Part shown: in pieces, positions 49,331 through 57,972 of the stretch
How the letters are laid out: each line of letters begins with the position of its first letter
Numbering within the stretch: the stretch's first letter is position 1
Origin: Deltaproteobacteria bacterium
Lineage (GTDB): Bacteria > Desulfobacterota > Dissulfuribacteria > Dissulfuribacterales > UBA3076
Direction of reading: 5' to 3'
Assembly: GCA_030262715.1 (NCBI GenBank)
Contig: JAJSZR010000001.1
Span: 2,188 to 66,187 of the forward strand
Length of the DNA stretch: 64,000 nt
Position numbers and translations under genes: made by a program
Notes under the pieces: model-generated
The model's database searches: none
What the model was told of the DNA's origin: nothing
Seen by the model: only the letters and a program-made list of their open reading frames with translations

Positions 49331-50071
49331 TCAATTTAGTTCTGGGCGATTTTCTTCTTCCAGCATGGAGGAAATGCTCTCCCACACTTCTTTTGTCACA
49401 ATATCTTTGAGGATAGGGCCTTTTGTACCCACAGTCTGGACAGGGAGGCCGATGGTTACCTTTATCCGGCCCGGACGTACCCTGAGGCTCCCCTTGGGAA
49501 GTACATTGTGACTACCGCTTATGGCTACAGGCACTATAGGACATCCGGCCCTGACCGCAATCAGTATTCCTCCCGTCTTAAAAGGCCTCAAGCGGCCATT
49601 AGGGCTGCGGGTACCCTCCGGGAAGATAATTATAGAGGCGCCCTTTTTTACTCTCTCAGCAGCTTCGTGCAGACTGCGAAGGGCGGCTTTTCCACCAGAC
49701 CTGTCAATAGGTACATAACCTGCGTGATGCATAGCAAAGCCAAAAAAGGGTATCTTGAAGAGCTCTTTCTTGACTACGAAACGGAATTGTACAGGCAAGG
49801 CCTCATACAATATTGGTATGTCAAACTGGCTTGCATGGTTGCAGGCGAATACTGAAGGCTTTCCCATGGGTATATTATCCTGGCCTTCAATATCTACCTT
49901 GATGCCTGATGTCCTAATGATAATTCTTGCCCAGAGCCTTCCAAGTCTGTGGACCCGGTTCTCGGAATCATCGATAATGCCTGCTATCAGGACCGCAGGA
50001 AAGAGGAGTACAAAGACCAATACAACTACTATGGGAGTTAAGGGAGCTATCATAATCTCTCTAATCAACAA
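49331..50071 (-). CDS. plsC: 1-acyl-sn-glycerol-3-phosphate acyltransferase
   Basis: HX4D motif NHASQFD, FPEGTRS, and an N-terminal TM anchor. Confidence 0.85.
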   Translation of the reverse strand: MLIREIMIAPLTPIVVVLVFVLLFPAVLIAGIIDDSENRVHRLGRLWARIIIRTSGIKVDIEGQDNIPMGKPSVFACNHASQFDIPILYEALPVQFRFVVKKELFKIPFFGFAMHHAGYVPIDRSGGKAALRSLHEAAERVKKGASIIIFPEGTRSPNGRLRPFKTGGILIAVRAGCPIVPVAISGSHNVLPKGSLRVRPGRIKVTIGLPVQTVGTKGPILKDIVTKEVWESISSMLEEENRPELN

Positions 50072-50740
50072 TTATGGAATTGACATTGGTTTAATATGTA
50101 ATCTCCGTCTTATGATGTGGCCTGCAAGGTCAAAAACTTTGGTGGAACGGTCTATGATTACCGAGTCTGCACTTGCCTTAATACCTTCAAGCGCCAGAAG
50201 AGATGATTCAGGTCTTGCGGCTGTAGTTACATCCCCTTTGATTTTTGAGTATTTCATCCATTGTCTGATTCTTGCCGCAAGCTCTCCACTCTTGGGAAGG
50301 GGTGCATCAAGAAGCACTGTAACATAGTATGGCGGATAGTCCGAAAGGAGCCCTTCAACAAGATCCCAGGCGGCCTTTGTACGATCTGTGGGTCTAAAGC
50401 GTCGAAATATACGGCTGATGTCCCGGACAAAATTGTCGTCTGCCAGTAGCAGAGGCCTGCGTTTTATGGCACTTTCAAGAGTTATGAGTACGTTGTGGCC
50501 GTCTATGATCAGTTTCTCCCCTTTGATTTCTCTTACACGCACTATCTTTGAACACCGTACCATGCTCTGCTTTCTGGTGAAGACCCCGCGATAAAGTAGG
50601 TCCCGCTCATCTTGATGGAGCTGGAAGTGGTTTCCTATAAATGAAAGAGCGGATTTCCTCGGGTATCCGCGACTTAAAAGGAAGCGGAAGTCCCGGGCCG
50701 CGGATCTCAGAAGATCTTTTCTAAAGGTATAAGCTCTCAT
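50072..50740 (-). CDS. DUF434-like protein (function unknown)
   Basis: 222 aa. The N-terminal AARDFRFLLSRGYPRKSAL.FIGNHFQL...ERDLL resembles DUF434. The call is from memory only. Confidence 0.45.
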   Translation of the reverse strand: MRAYTFRKDLLRSAARDFRFLLSRGYPRKSALSFIGNHFQLHQDERDLLYRGVFTRKQSMVRCSKIVRVREIKGEKLIIDGHNVLITLESAIKRRPLLLADDNFVRDISRIFRRFRPTDRTKAAWDLVEGLLSDYPPYYVTVLLDAPLPKSGELAARIRQWMKYSKIKGDVTTAARPESSLLALEGIKASADSVIIDRSTKVFDLAGHIIRRRLHIKPMSIP

Positions 50741-50795
50741 AATATTCGAAGTAGTGCTTGCTCAGTCAGCCTGCAGACCTTATTATTCTGTTGTT

Positions 50796-51299
50796 ATGAA
50801 GAAGATACTAATCTATCCGCATGAGATATTAAGGCAAGAGGCCCAGTCGGTTAATAGAATAGACGGGGAATTCCAGGGCCTGATCGACCAGATGCTGGAG
50901 ATTATGTACAAGGCCAAAGGGCTGGGCCTTGCAGCAAACCAGATAGGTGAGCTCAAGCAACTCGTGGTCATGGATGTAACTCCTTCTGAGGAAAAACCCA
51001 ATCCTATAGTACTTATAAATCCTCGTATCACAGAATTGGAAGGAGAGGAAGTGGGTGAAGAAGGTTGTCTGAGTGTTCCAGACTATATGGCCCCTGTAAA
51101 AAGAGCCCTCAGACTGCATCTGTTGGGATATGACCGGAACGGAAAGGAGGTCAGACTTGAGGCTGAAGGACTCCTTGCCCGGTGTATACAGCATGAGTTG
51201 GATCACCTGAACGGTGTTTGTTTTGTTGACCGCTTGAATCCTGTAAGAAAGGTCCTTTTCAGGAAGAAGTGGCCAAAGATCCGCCCCAAAGAGGAGTAA
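50796..51299 (+). CDS. def: peptide deformylase
   Basis: GLGLAANQIG, EGCLS and HELDHL motifs. Starts at MKKILIYP. Confidence 0.93.
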   Translation: MKKILIYPHEILRQEAQSVNRIDGEFQGLIDQMLEIMYKAKGLGLAANQIGELKQLVVMDVTPSEEKPNPIVLINPRITELEGEEVGEEGCLSVPDYMAPVKRALRLHLLGYDRNGKEVRLEAEGLLARCIQHELDHLNGVCFVDRLNPVRKVLFRKKWPKIRPKEE

Positions 51300-51468
51300 T
51301 GTTTTTTCACCACGACCTTCGTTCCCTTTGTTCCCTTCATAGCTTAAATTTTCTTTGCAATTCTGACTGATTAAAAAACAGCGCAATTTGTGGCCGTGTA
51401 GAGTATATACCGGATGGCGCTGGTCCTCAGCGAAATGAAAGGTGAAACAATGGGGAAGGTGAGTAAAG

Positions 51469-51669
51469 ATGATGACGCGAGAAGGCCGTTGTCCCAACTT
51501 CAACCATGGGCGTCCAAATGCACCGGTGCGCTTTTGTCCAATGTGCGGCGAGGTGGTGAACAACAAGATTCCCGCTAAAGTGTGTAGTGAGGAAAAACAT
51601 GCGAAAAGCAGACGTGAACGGAACACCTACTGTGTGGATTGCGGTGAACAACTTATCCAAGGGAAGTGA
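51469..51669 (+). CDS. small double zinc-ribbon protein
   Basis: 66 aa with CPN..H...C P.C G and C..C G pairs (CPNFNH...FCPMCGE...YCVDCGE). RBS-like AAGGTGAG upstream. Confidence 0.5.
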   Translation: MMTREGRCPNFNHGRPNAPVRFCPMCGEVVNNKIPAKVCSEEKHAKSRRERNTYCVDCGEQLIQGK

Positions 51670-51783
51670 TCGCCCCGCAGGCAGGTTATGGGGTGGCGAG
51701 CCCTGAAAAATATCGAACGAAACGGAGTGTTTTTCCCAAGAAGAACGCATTTATCGAGAGGATATAAAGGAGGCAAGTAAGCT

Positions 51784-52884
51784 ATGGGAAATATTAAAAT
51801 TGCTATTGTCGGGGTTGGGAACTGCGCCAGTTCCCTGGTACAGGGTATCCACTACTACCAGGAAAAGACCCCGCAAGACGCCATCGGCCTGATGCATTGG
51901 GAAATCGGCGGGTACAAGCCCGGCGACATCGAGGTAGTCGTGGCCTTCGATATCGACAAGCGTAAAGTCGGTGTCGATGTGCATGAGGCCATTTTTTCCG
52001 TCCCCAACTGCACGGCGGTTTTCTGTTCCGACCTTCCCAAATCCGGAGTCACCGTACGGATGGGCAGGATTCTGGACGGGTTTTCGGACCACATGAAAAA
52101 TTACGACGAAAGGCGCACCTTTATCCTGGCCGACGAGCCGGAACCGACCGAAGAAGAAGTCGTTAAGATGCTGAAGGAATCCGGCGCGGAAATCCTCTTG
52201 AATTATCTCCCGGTCGGCTCCGAGGAGGCGACCAGGCTTTATGCAGGCTGCGCATTGAAGGCCGGCTTGGCATTCGTCAACAATATGCCGGTTTTTATCG
52301 CCAGCGATTCTGAAGGACGCTGGGCAAGTCATTTTGAAGAGGCCGGTCTCCCCATTATTGGTGACGACATCAAGGCCCAGATGGGTGCTACTATAGTTCA
52401 CCGCACGCTGACTGATTTATTCGCCAAGCGCGGGGTCAAGCTGGAGCGTACCTATCAGCTCAATACCGGTGGCAACACGGATTTTCTCAACATGCTCGAT
52501 CGCAACCGTCTGGCTTCCAAGAAAGAGTCCAAGACCGAGGCTGTACAGGCCGTGGCCGCCCACCGTATGGACGAAGACAACATCCACATCGGCCCCAGTG
52601 ATTATGTGCCCTGGCAGAACGACAACAAGGTCTGTTTCATCCGTATGGAGGGCAAATTGTTCGGTGATGTGCCCATGAACCTCGAGCTGCGCCTGTCGGT
52701 GGAGGATTCGCCCAACTCGGCCGGAGTGGCGATCGACTCCATCCGCTGCGCCAAACTGGCGTTGGACCGGGGACAGGGCGGCATACTGGAAGCGCCATCG
52801 GCCTATTTTTGCAAACATCCACCGCGTCAGTTCACAGACGATGAAGCCTACCAGATGACGGAACATTTTATCAGCGGAGACTGA
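51784..52884 (+). CDS. ino1: myo-inositol-1-phosphate (inositol-3-phosphate) synthase, Ino1 type
   Basis: AAGGAGG RBS. The N-terminus IKIAIVGVGNCASSLVQGIHYY is near-identical to the mycobacterial Ino1 NAD-binding start as I recall it. 366 aa. Confidence 0.85.
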   Translation: MGNIKIAIVGVGNCASSLVQGIHYYQEKTPQDAIGLMHWEIGGYKPGDIEVVVAFDIDKRKVGVDVHEAIFSVPNCTAVFCSDLPKSGVTVRMGRILDGFSDHMKNYDERRTFILADEPEPTEEEVVKMLKESGAEILLNYLPVGSEEATRLYAGCALKAGLAFVNNMPVFIASDSEGRWASHFEEAGLPIIGDDIKAQMGATIVHRTLTDLFAKRGVKLERTYQLNTGGNTDFLNMLDRNRLASKKESKTEAVQAVAAHRMDEDNIHIGPSDYVPWQNDNKVCFIRMEGKLFGDVPMNLELRLSVEDSPNSAGVAIDSIRCAKLALDRGQGGILEAPSAYFCKHPPRQFTDDEAYQMTEHFISGD

Positions 52885-52894
52885 GGCGATAGGG

Positions 52895-54214
52895 ATGAAG
52901 TGCCTGATCCTCGCGGCGGGCAAGGGCAGGCGACTGCAGCAGAGGGGTGACAGTAAGCCCCTCGTCCCTATTCTGGGCATTCCCCTTATCGAACGTGTGA
53001 TCCGATATGCTATGGAAGCCGGGACGGACGATTTCTATGTTGTCACAGGCTACCAGAGCGACCAAGTCCGTGATTTCCTGAAGCGGTTGGCGGAACGTCT
53101 CGCGATTCGGATTACGCCGCTGGTGAATGACGACTGGGAAAAAGGAAATGGTCTCTCCGTACTTAAGGCGCGAGACATTCTGCATGAGCCTTTTTTGCTG
53201 CTCATGGCGGATCACCTCTTCGATCCGCACATGGTTTGCGCATTGACAGCGCATACACTGCCCGATGGGGAGATCGTGCTCGGGGTGGACGGAGACACCC
53301 ACAATCCACTCGTCGATATGGAGGATGTCACGCGCGTCAAGGTGGAAGACGGGAAGATCCGTGATATCGGCAAGGGACTGGCCGATTTCAATGGCTTCGA
53401 TACCGGTGTTTTTCTGTGCTCCCCCGCCATATTTAAGGCCCTGGACCAAAGCATGGAAAAAGACGATACCACCCTGTCCGGGGCGGTGCGGGTACTGGCC
53501 GCAGAGGGATGCGCCAAAGCGATTCCTGCAAGCGTTTTCTGGATCGACGTGGACGATCCCGCGGCCTTTAGAAAGGCGGAGAAGGCCCTGTTGGATCGTC
53601 TTCGCGACAAGTCAAACGACGGGCCGGTATCACGTTATTTGAACCGCCCTGTCTCCGTGCTGTTTTCCCGTCATTTAGTGAAACTTGACATTACGCCCAA
53701 CCAGATTTCCCTGTTCTCGTTTCTGTGTTCTCTGCTGTCCGCCGGGCTGTTTGCGCTGGGCGGGTATCTCGCCCTGCTGCTGGGTGGTGTTCTGGCCCAG
53801 TTCGCATCCATCATTGACGGTTGCGACGGCGAAGTGGCCAGGCTCAAGTATCAAAGCAGTGACTTCGGCGGCTGGTTCGATGCGGTGCTGGACCGCTATG
53901 CCGACGCCTTTCTGCTGTTCGGCTTGACTTGGCACCTGCTGGCGGCGGAAGCGAGCGGTTGGGTCCTCTTCACCGGTTTCATGGCCATTATCGGCTCGTT
54001 CATGCTAAGTTACACAGCGGACAAGTATGACAATCTGATGCGCAAGCGGATCAAGGCCGGGGGCTGGGCCGGGTTGCGGATGGGAAGGGATGTGCGGGTG
54101 TTTCTCATCTTTCTGGGTGCGGTGACCAATCTGATACTGCCGGTGCTGGTGGTGATTGCCGTTGTGATGAATCTCGAAACCATACGCCGGGTTAGGCTTG
54201 CGTGTGTTGACTAG
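52895..54214 (+). CDS. bifunctional sugar-phosphate cytidylyltransferase / CDP-alcohol phosphotransferase (IPCT/DIPPS architecture)
   Basis: The N-terminal MKCLILAAGKGRRL...KPL fits an NTP-transferase fold. The C-terminal membrane domain carries an exact CDP-OH motif DGEVAR-x8-G-x3-D-x3-D (DGCDGEVARLKYQSSDFGGWFDAVLDRYAD). Confidence 0.8.
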   Translation: MKCLILAAGKGRRLQQRGDSKPLVPILGIPLIERVIRYAMEAGTDDFYVVTGYQSDQVRDFLKRLAERLAIRITPLVNDDWEKGNGLSVLKARDILHEPFLLLMADHLFDPHMVCALTAHTLPDGEIVLGVDGDTHNPLVDMEDVTRVKVEDGKIRDIGKGLADFNGFDTGVFLCSPAIFKALDQSMEKDDTTLSGAVRVLAAEGCAKAIPASVFWIDVDDPAAFRKAEKALLDRLRDKSNDGPVSRYLNRPVSVLFSRHLVKLDITPNQISLFSFLCSLLSAGLFALGGYLALLLGGVLAQFASIIDGCDGEVARLKYQSSDFGGWFDAVLDRYADAFLLFGLTWHLLAAEASGWVLFTGFMAIIGSFMLSYTADKYDNLMRKRIKAGGWAGLRMGRDVRVFLIFLGAVTNLILPVLVVIAVVMNLETIRRVRLACVD

Positions 54215-54773
54215 CGTCGAATGTGCCAAACAGAAAATCCGGCTGGTTGTTGCTGGCTCACTAGTGCCGGAGGACTTACGTCACGCCGACAACACCCTGG
54301 AGTGGCTGCTGCGCCTGGCACCGGATGCCGGCTATGCTCTGCAGCTAGCGGCGCTGGCCCACGACATTGACCGGGCCATCGAGGAGACAAAAGTCAATCG
54401 TGCGGACTTCGACGATTACAATGCCTTCAAGGCCGCTCACGCCCGTAACGGAGCGGAAATACTGCGCCCGATTCTGACTGCATGTGGCGTGGAACGGCAT
54501 ATCGTGGACGAGGCCTGCCGTTTGGTAGAGGTCCATGAGGTGGGCGGCGATCCTGACTCCGATCTGCTCAAGGACGCTGACAGCATCTCCTATTTCGATG
54601 TCAACCTGCCGCTCTATTACCGGCGTGAGGGTTGGGATGAGACAAAACGGCGATCACACTGGGGCTATCGGCGGCTTTCCCCTCGGGCAAAAGAGATCGT
54701 CAAGCAAATCGGCTACGAGGAGGAGGCACTGGTGCGCTTATTACGAGATGTGACTCATGAAAGCGCCAACTGA
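54198..54773 (+). CDS. HD-domain phosphohydrolase-like protein (start uncertain, TTG/GTG)
   Basis: H...HD...D pattern: LAALAHDIDRA, HARNGAEIL, VEVHEVGG, LLKDADSISYF. Overlaps the preceding gene by 17 nt. Confidence 0.6.
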   Translation: MRVLTSVECAKQKIRLVVAGSLVPEDLRHADNTLEWLLRLAPDAGYALQLAALAHDIDRAIEETKVNRADFDDYNAFKAAHARNGAEILRPILTACGVERHIVDEACRLVEVHEVGGDPDSDLLKDADSISYFDVNLPLYYRREGWDETKRRSHWGYRRLSPRAKEIVKQIGYEEEALVRLLRDVTHESAN

Positions 54774-54816
54774 CAGCGCAGCGCCTGGACGGCGTGGTAA
54801 CTGTAGCTGAGGAAGT

Positions 54817-55761
54817 ATGAATTCGTATAGAATTGTATTTATGGGTACTCCTGAATTTGCAGTTCCAGCACTGAAGGCCTTGATTGAGGGTCCGGATCAG
54901 GTGGTGGCTGTGGTAACTCAGCCTGATAGACCAAAGGGGCGGGGCAGGAAGTTGATGCCTTCTCCAATAAAGGTTCTGGCAGAAAGGGCGGGTATTGCTG
55001 TGCTCCAGCCAGAGAAGGCCCGCTCTCCGGAGTTCCTGAGTCAGGTTCGGGACCTTGACCCGGACCTTCTGGTTGTTGCTGCCTATGGCCAGATACTTCC
55101 TCAGGAACTGCTTGATATCCCGCGAATAATGCCTATCAATGTCCATGGATCCCTGCTCCCCAAGTATCGAGGAGCAGCACCGATACAGTGGGCCATTATA
55201 AAAGGGGATATTGAGACCGGCATAACCATTATGGAGATGGATGCCGGGATGGACACAGGTCCCATGCTCCTTCAGGAAGACTTAACAATCGGGCCGGAGG
55301 AGACCTTTGGTGAGCTATATGAGCGTATGGCAGGATTGGGGGCCAGGCTTCTTGTTCAGGCACTGGATGAACTGCACAAGGGCACTTTAAAACCGAAACC
55401 CCAACCTGAAGAGGGCATAAGCTATGCCCCTCCCATCAAGCCGGAGATGGCACGGCTTGACTGGTCTCAACCTGCAACGCTTATTTCATGTATGGTCCGG
55501 GCCCTTGATCCACGGCCCGGCGCGTATACCCTTTGGAATGGTGAGCGTCTGAGACTCTATACGCCTTTTGTAATCGAGATGGCTGCCGTGGATATGGAAC
55601 CCGGTACAGTCTGTCGTGTTGGAGAGGACGGTGTGGTGATTACCACGGGAAAAAGCTGTCTGGGTATCAGGGAGCTTCAGTGGCCTGGGAAGAGGCGTAT
55701 GCCTTGCGCAGAATTCTTGAGGGGCAGGCCGATTCCTGTTGGTGCAAGGTTTGAATCATGA
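54817..55761 (+). CDS. fmt: methionyl-tRNA formyltransferase
   Basis: IVFMGTPEFAVP, NVHGSLLPKYRGAAPIQWAI and a C-terminal tRNA-binding domain. Confidence 0.93.
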   Translation: MNSYRIVFMGTPEFAVPALKALIEGPDQVVAVVTQPDRPKGRGRKLMPSPIKVLAERAGIAVLQPEKARSPEFLSQVRDLDPDLLVVAAYGQILPQELLDIPRIMPINVHGSLLPKYRGAAPIQWAIIKGDIETGITIMEMDAGMDTGPMLLQEDLTIGPEETFGELYERMAGLGARLLVQALDELHKGTLKPKPQPEEGISYAPPIKPEMARLDWSQPATLISCMVRALDPRPGAYTLWNGERLRLYTPFVIEMAAVDMEPGTVCRVGEDGVVITTGKSCLGIRELQWPGKRRMPCAEFLRGRPIPVGARFES

Positions 55762-55793
55762 TTCCGCTGAAAATACCCCATATACTGCGTTGC
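55759..55793 (-). repeat. palindromic intergenic element, copy C (one arm only)
   Basis: tgattccgctgaaaataccccatatactgcgttgc is the reverse complement of the right arm of copies A and B. Its first three bases are the fmt TGA stop. Confidence 0.7.
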
Positions 55794-55818
55794 ATAAGAG
55801 CTGAAAGCCTGAAGCTGA

Positions 55819-56178
55819 AAGCTTTTTGCCCTGGCAGGCCCGTGGCTGGATGTCCTGGAAAAGGGCCTTGTTTTTTTTGTGGATGAACTGGACACAAGCC
55901 TGCATCCTCTCCTGATCCGGTTTCTTTTGAATTTACTCCATAACCCTAAAACGAACCGTCACAACGCCCAATTGGTTTTTACCACCCATGACACCACTGT
56001 CCTGGATCAAACTCTCCTTCGGAGGGACCATGTCTGGTTTGTCGAAAAGGATGCTGAAAATTCCACCTGCCTTTATCCCCTTTCCGATTATAAACCACGA
56101 AAAGGTGAGGCCCTCCAAAAAGGTTATCTATATGGCAGGTATGGGGCCTTGCCTTTTACGGGAGAATTGAGGTTTTAG
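55819..56178 (+). pseudogene. 3-prime fragment of an AAA_21/AAA_15-type ATPase (AbiLi/RloA-like), 5-prime truncated
   Basis: The reading frame opens right after a stop at 55816-55818. ...GLVFFVDELDTSLHPLL..FLL..F......QLVFTTHD is the Walker B/D-loop/H-loop end of these ABC-like ATPases. The Walker A half is missing. Confidence 0.65.
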
Positions 56179-56249
56179 TGGGTACCGACAACCTGTTTCA
56201 CAAGAAAAAAGAGCGTAAAGCTGAGTCGTTACGCCGTCGGCGTAGATGA
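56178..56249 (+). pseudogene. N-terminal 23-codon stub of an RloB-like (AbiLii-like) gene
   Basis: GTG overlaps the ATPase stop (TAGTG). VGTDNLFHKKKERKAESLRRRRR* matches the characteristic RloB N-terminus (MG.D.LFHKRKA...) as I recall it, then terminates. Confidence 0.5.
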
Positions 56250-56390
56250 GTAATCGGGATAAAGGAAAATTGTAGTCTAAACAACAAACAGGTTTGATTC
56301 AGGATACTCATAGAAAAACCCCTGTCAATTTTCATTTGAAGACAATTGTTAACATATTTTGTTAATAATTTTAGTTGACATGGCAATCTG

Positions 56391-56726
56391 ATGGATATAT
56401 ATTTCAAGACGAAGAAATTGCAGAAACTATGCTCTGTGAGCCGTGAGGCACAAAGACATCTGGGGGCTAAAAGGGCGCGTAAGTTGCAGCAACGGATGAT
56501 GGAGCTGAAAGCCGCAATTTCTCTTGATGATATTTCACGCCTTCCCTCGGCCCGGTGTCACGAACTGGCAGGAAACCGCAAAGGACAGTTATCTGTGGAC
56601 CTGGAGCATCCTTACCGCTTGGTGTTTATCCCTGCCAACAATCCTATACCAGAAACAGAAGATGGAGGGCTGGACTGGCCCGGGGTAACAGAGATCGAAA
56701 TTATCGGAATTGTTGATACTCACTAA
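56391..56726 (+). CDS. higB: HigB-like toxin (plasmid-maintenance killer / RelE superfamily)
   Basis: 111 aa. F..KKL.KL......A.R.LG...A.KL..R..EL.AA.SL.D......R.HEL.G.RKGQ.SV.L...YRLVF....(V.EI.I..IVD.H) follows the HigB_toxin family pattern. Confidence 0.7.
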   Translation: MDIYFKTKKLQKLCSVSREAQRHLGAKRARKLQQRMMELKAAISLDDISRLPSARCHELAGNRKGQLSVDLEHPYRLVFIPANNPIPETEDGGLDWPGVTEIEIIGIVDTH

Positions 56727-56737
56727 AGGAGGAGGCC

Positions 56738-57820
56738 ATGGTCAGGGCCACAAGAAAATATGGGTTTGAGCCTGATTATGCTATTCCACCAGGTGAATCC
56801 CTGCGGGAAGTCATGGAGTCCCTTGGCATGAGCCAGAAAGAACTCGCCAAGCGTACCGGCCTTACAGTGCAGTCCTTAAACCGCATTTTCAAAGGGACAC
56901 AGCCAATCACCTATGAAACCGCCAATCGCCTGGAACTCGCCACCGGAGTATCCGCCACCATGTGGAACAATCTTGAGGCTCAGTACCGTGAACAACTCGC
57001 CAGGATTCATGAACGAGAGAGATTACAGGATGATCTGGATTGGTTAAAAGAAATTCCCGTGGCGGAACTGGTGAAAAGAGGCGTCCTTCCCCGCCCCAAA
57101 GATACGGTTGAGCAGTTGCGTGAAGTGTTGAAATTTTATGGTGTCAGCAGTGTGGAGGCATGGCGTCGGATATGGGAAGCGCCTACTGTGGCTGCCCGCC
57201 GGTCACCTTGTTTTGAATCCAAGAGAGGTCCCGCTTCAGCCTGGATAAGACTTGGAGAGCTGCAAGCCAGAGCAATAAACTGCCAGACCTTTGACAAAGT
57301 TCGCTTCAAGAAAGCCTTAAAGCATATACGATACCTGATCCGTGAACCTGCTCATGTATTTCAACCGGAAATGAAGCGGCTCTGCGCTGAATCAGGGGTG
57401 GCCGTTGCCATGGTCAGGGAGATGAAAAAGGTCCCGTGGAATGGGGCCACCAAGTGGCTGACCCCGCATAAGGCCATGATCCTGCTTTGTTTACGGGGCA
57501 GAGGTGAAGACAAGTTTTGGTTCTCTTTCTTTCACGAAGCCGGTCATGTTTTGCATGACAGCAAGAAGGATCTGTTGATTAATGATGGTAGCCAGGACGA
57601 CCCACGAGAGAAACAAGCCAACGATTTTGCCGCTGAATCTCTGATTCCCTCGAAATATGACGATGCCATCCGCCGGATTCGTTCAGAGGCTGAAATCGTC
57701 CAGATGGCAGACCTACTCGGCATAGCGACAGGTATCGTGGCTGGCCGCTATCAATTTCTAACAGGGAATTGGCATTATTTCAAAGAGTTGATCCGAACAC
57801 TGGAATGGAAGAATGCATGA
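56738..57820 (+). CDS. XRE-type HTH fused to ImmA/IrrE (COG2856) metallopeptidase domain, putative antitoxin/regulator
   Basis: The N-terminal MSQKELAKRTGLTVQSLNRIFKG is an HTH_3-type segment. The C-terminal FFHEAGHVLHD is the HExxH of ImmA/IrrE. AGGAGG RBS 11 nt after the higB stop. Confidence 0.8.
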   Translation: MVRATRKYGFEPDYAIPPGESLREVMESLGMSQKELAKRTGLTVQSLNRIFKGTQPITYETANRLELATGVSATMWNNLEAQYREQLARIHERERLQDDLDWLKEIPVAELVKRGVLPRPKDTVEQLREVLKFYGVSSVEAWRRIWEAPTVAARRSPCFESKRGPASAWIRLGELQARAINCQTFDKVRFKKALKHIRYLIREPAHVFQPEMKRLCAESGVAVAMVREMKKVPWNGATKWLTPHKAMILLCLRGRGEDKFWFSFFHEAGHVLHDSKKDLLINDGSQDDPREKQANDFAAESLIPSKYDDAIRRIRSEAEIVQMADLLGIATGIVAGRYQFLTGNWHYFKELIRTLEWKNA

Positions 57821-57972
57821 GTAATAAGGATAGCGGCAAACCCCAAAAAGTATTGCAAGTTCCGCAAAAGGATATGGCCAAGGCGGCAAAGGCAATGCAA
57901 AACGTCGGAATAAGCGGCACCGTAAAAAATATGGGCGGTACCAAGAAACGTTCGGTATCGAAGAAAAAGTGA
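57817..57972 (+). CDS. 51-aa lysine-rich micro-protein, translationally coupled to the ImmA gene
   Basis: ATGA start/stop overlap at 57817-57820. MSNKDSGKPQKVLQVPQKDMAKAAKAMQNVGISGTVKNMGGTKKRSVSKKK. Its residues 4-51 are paralogous to the C-terminus of the 59656-59976 ORF, with mostly synonymous differences. Confidence 0.6.
   Translation: MSNKDSGKPQKVLQVPQKDMAKAAKAMQNVGISGTVKNMGGTKKRSVSKKK

Noticed and set aside
50829-51626. 265-aa minus-strand ORF overlapping def
   Set aside because: It is antisense to def, which has all three deformylase motifs. It has no motifs of its own and spans an intergenic region.
51751-53449. Long minus-strand ORFs (216, 187, 192 aa and others) across the inositol cassette
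   Set aside because: They lie antisense to plus-strand genes with unmistakable motifs (Ino1, CDP-OH transferase). Such shadow ORFs are typical of GC-rich coding DNA, and none has a recognisable motif.
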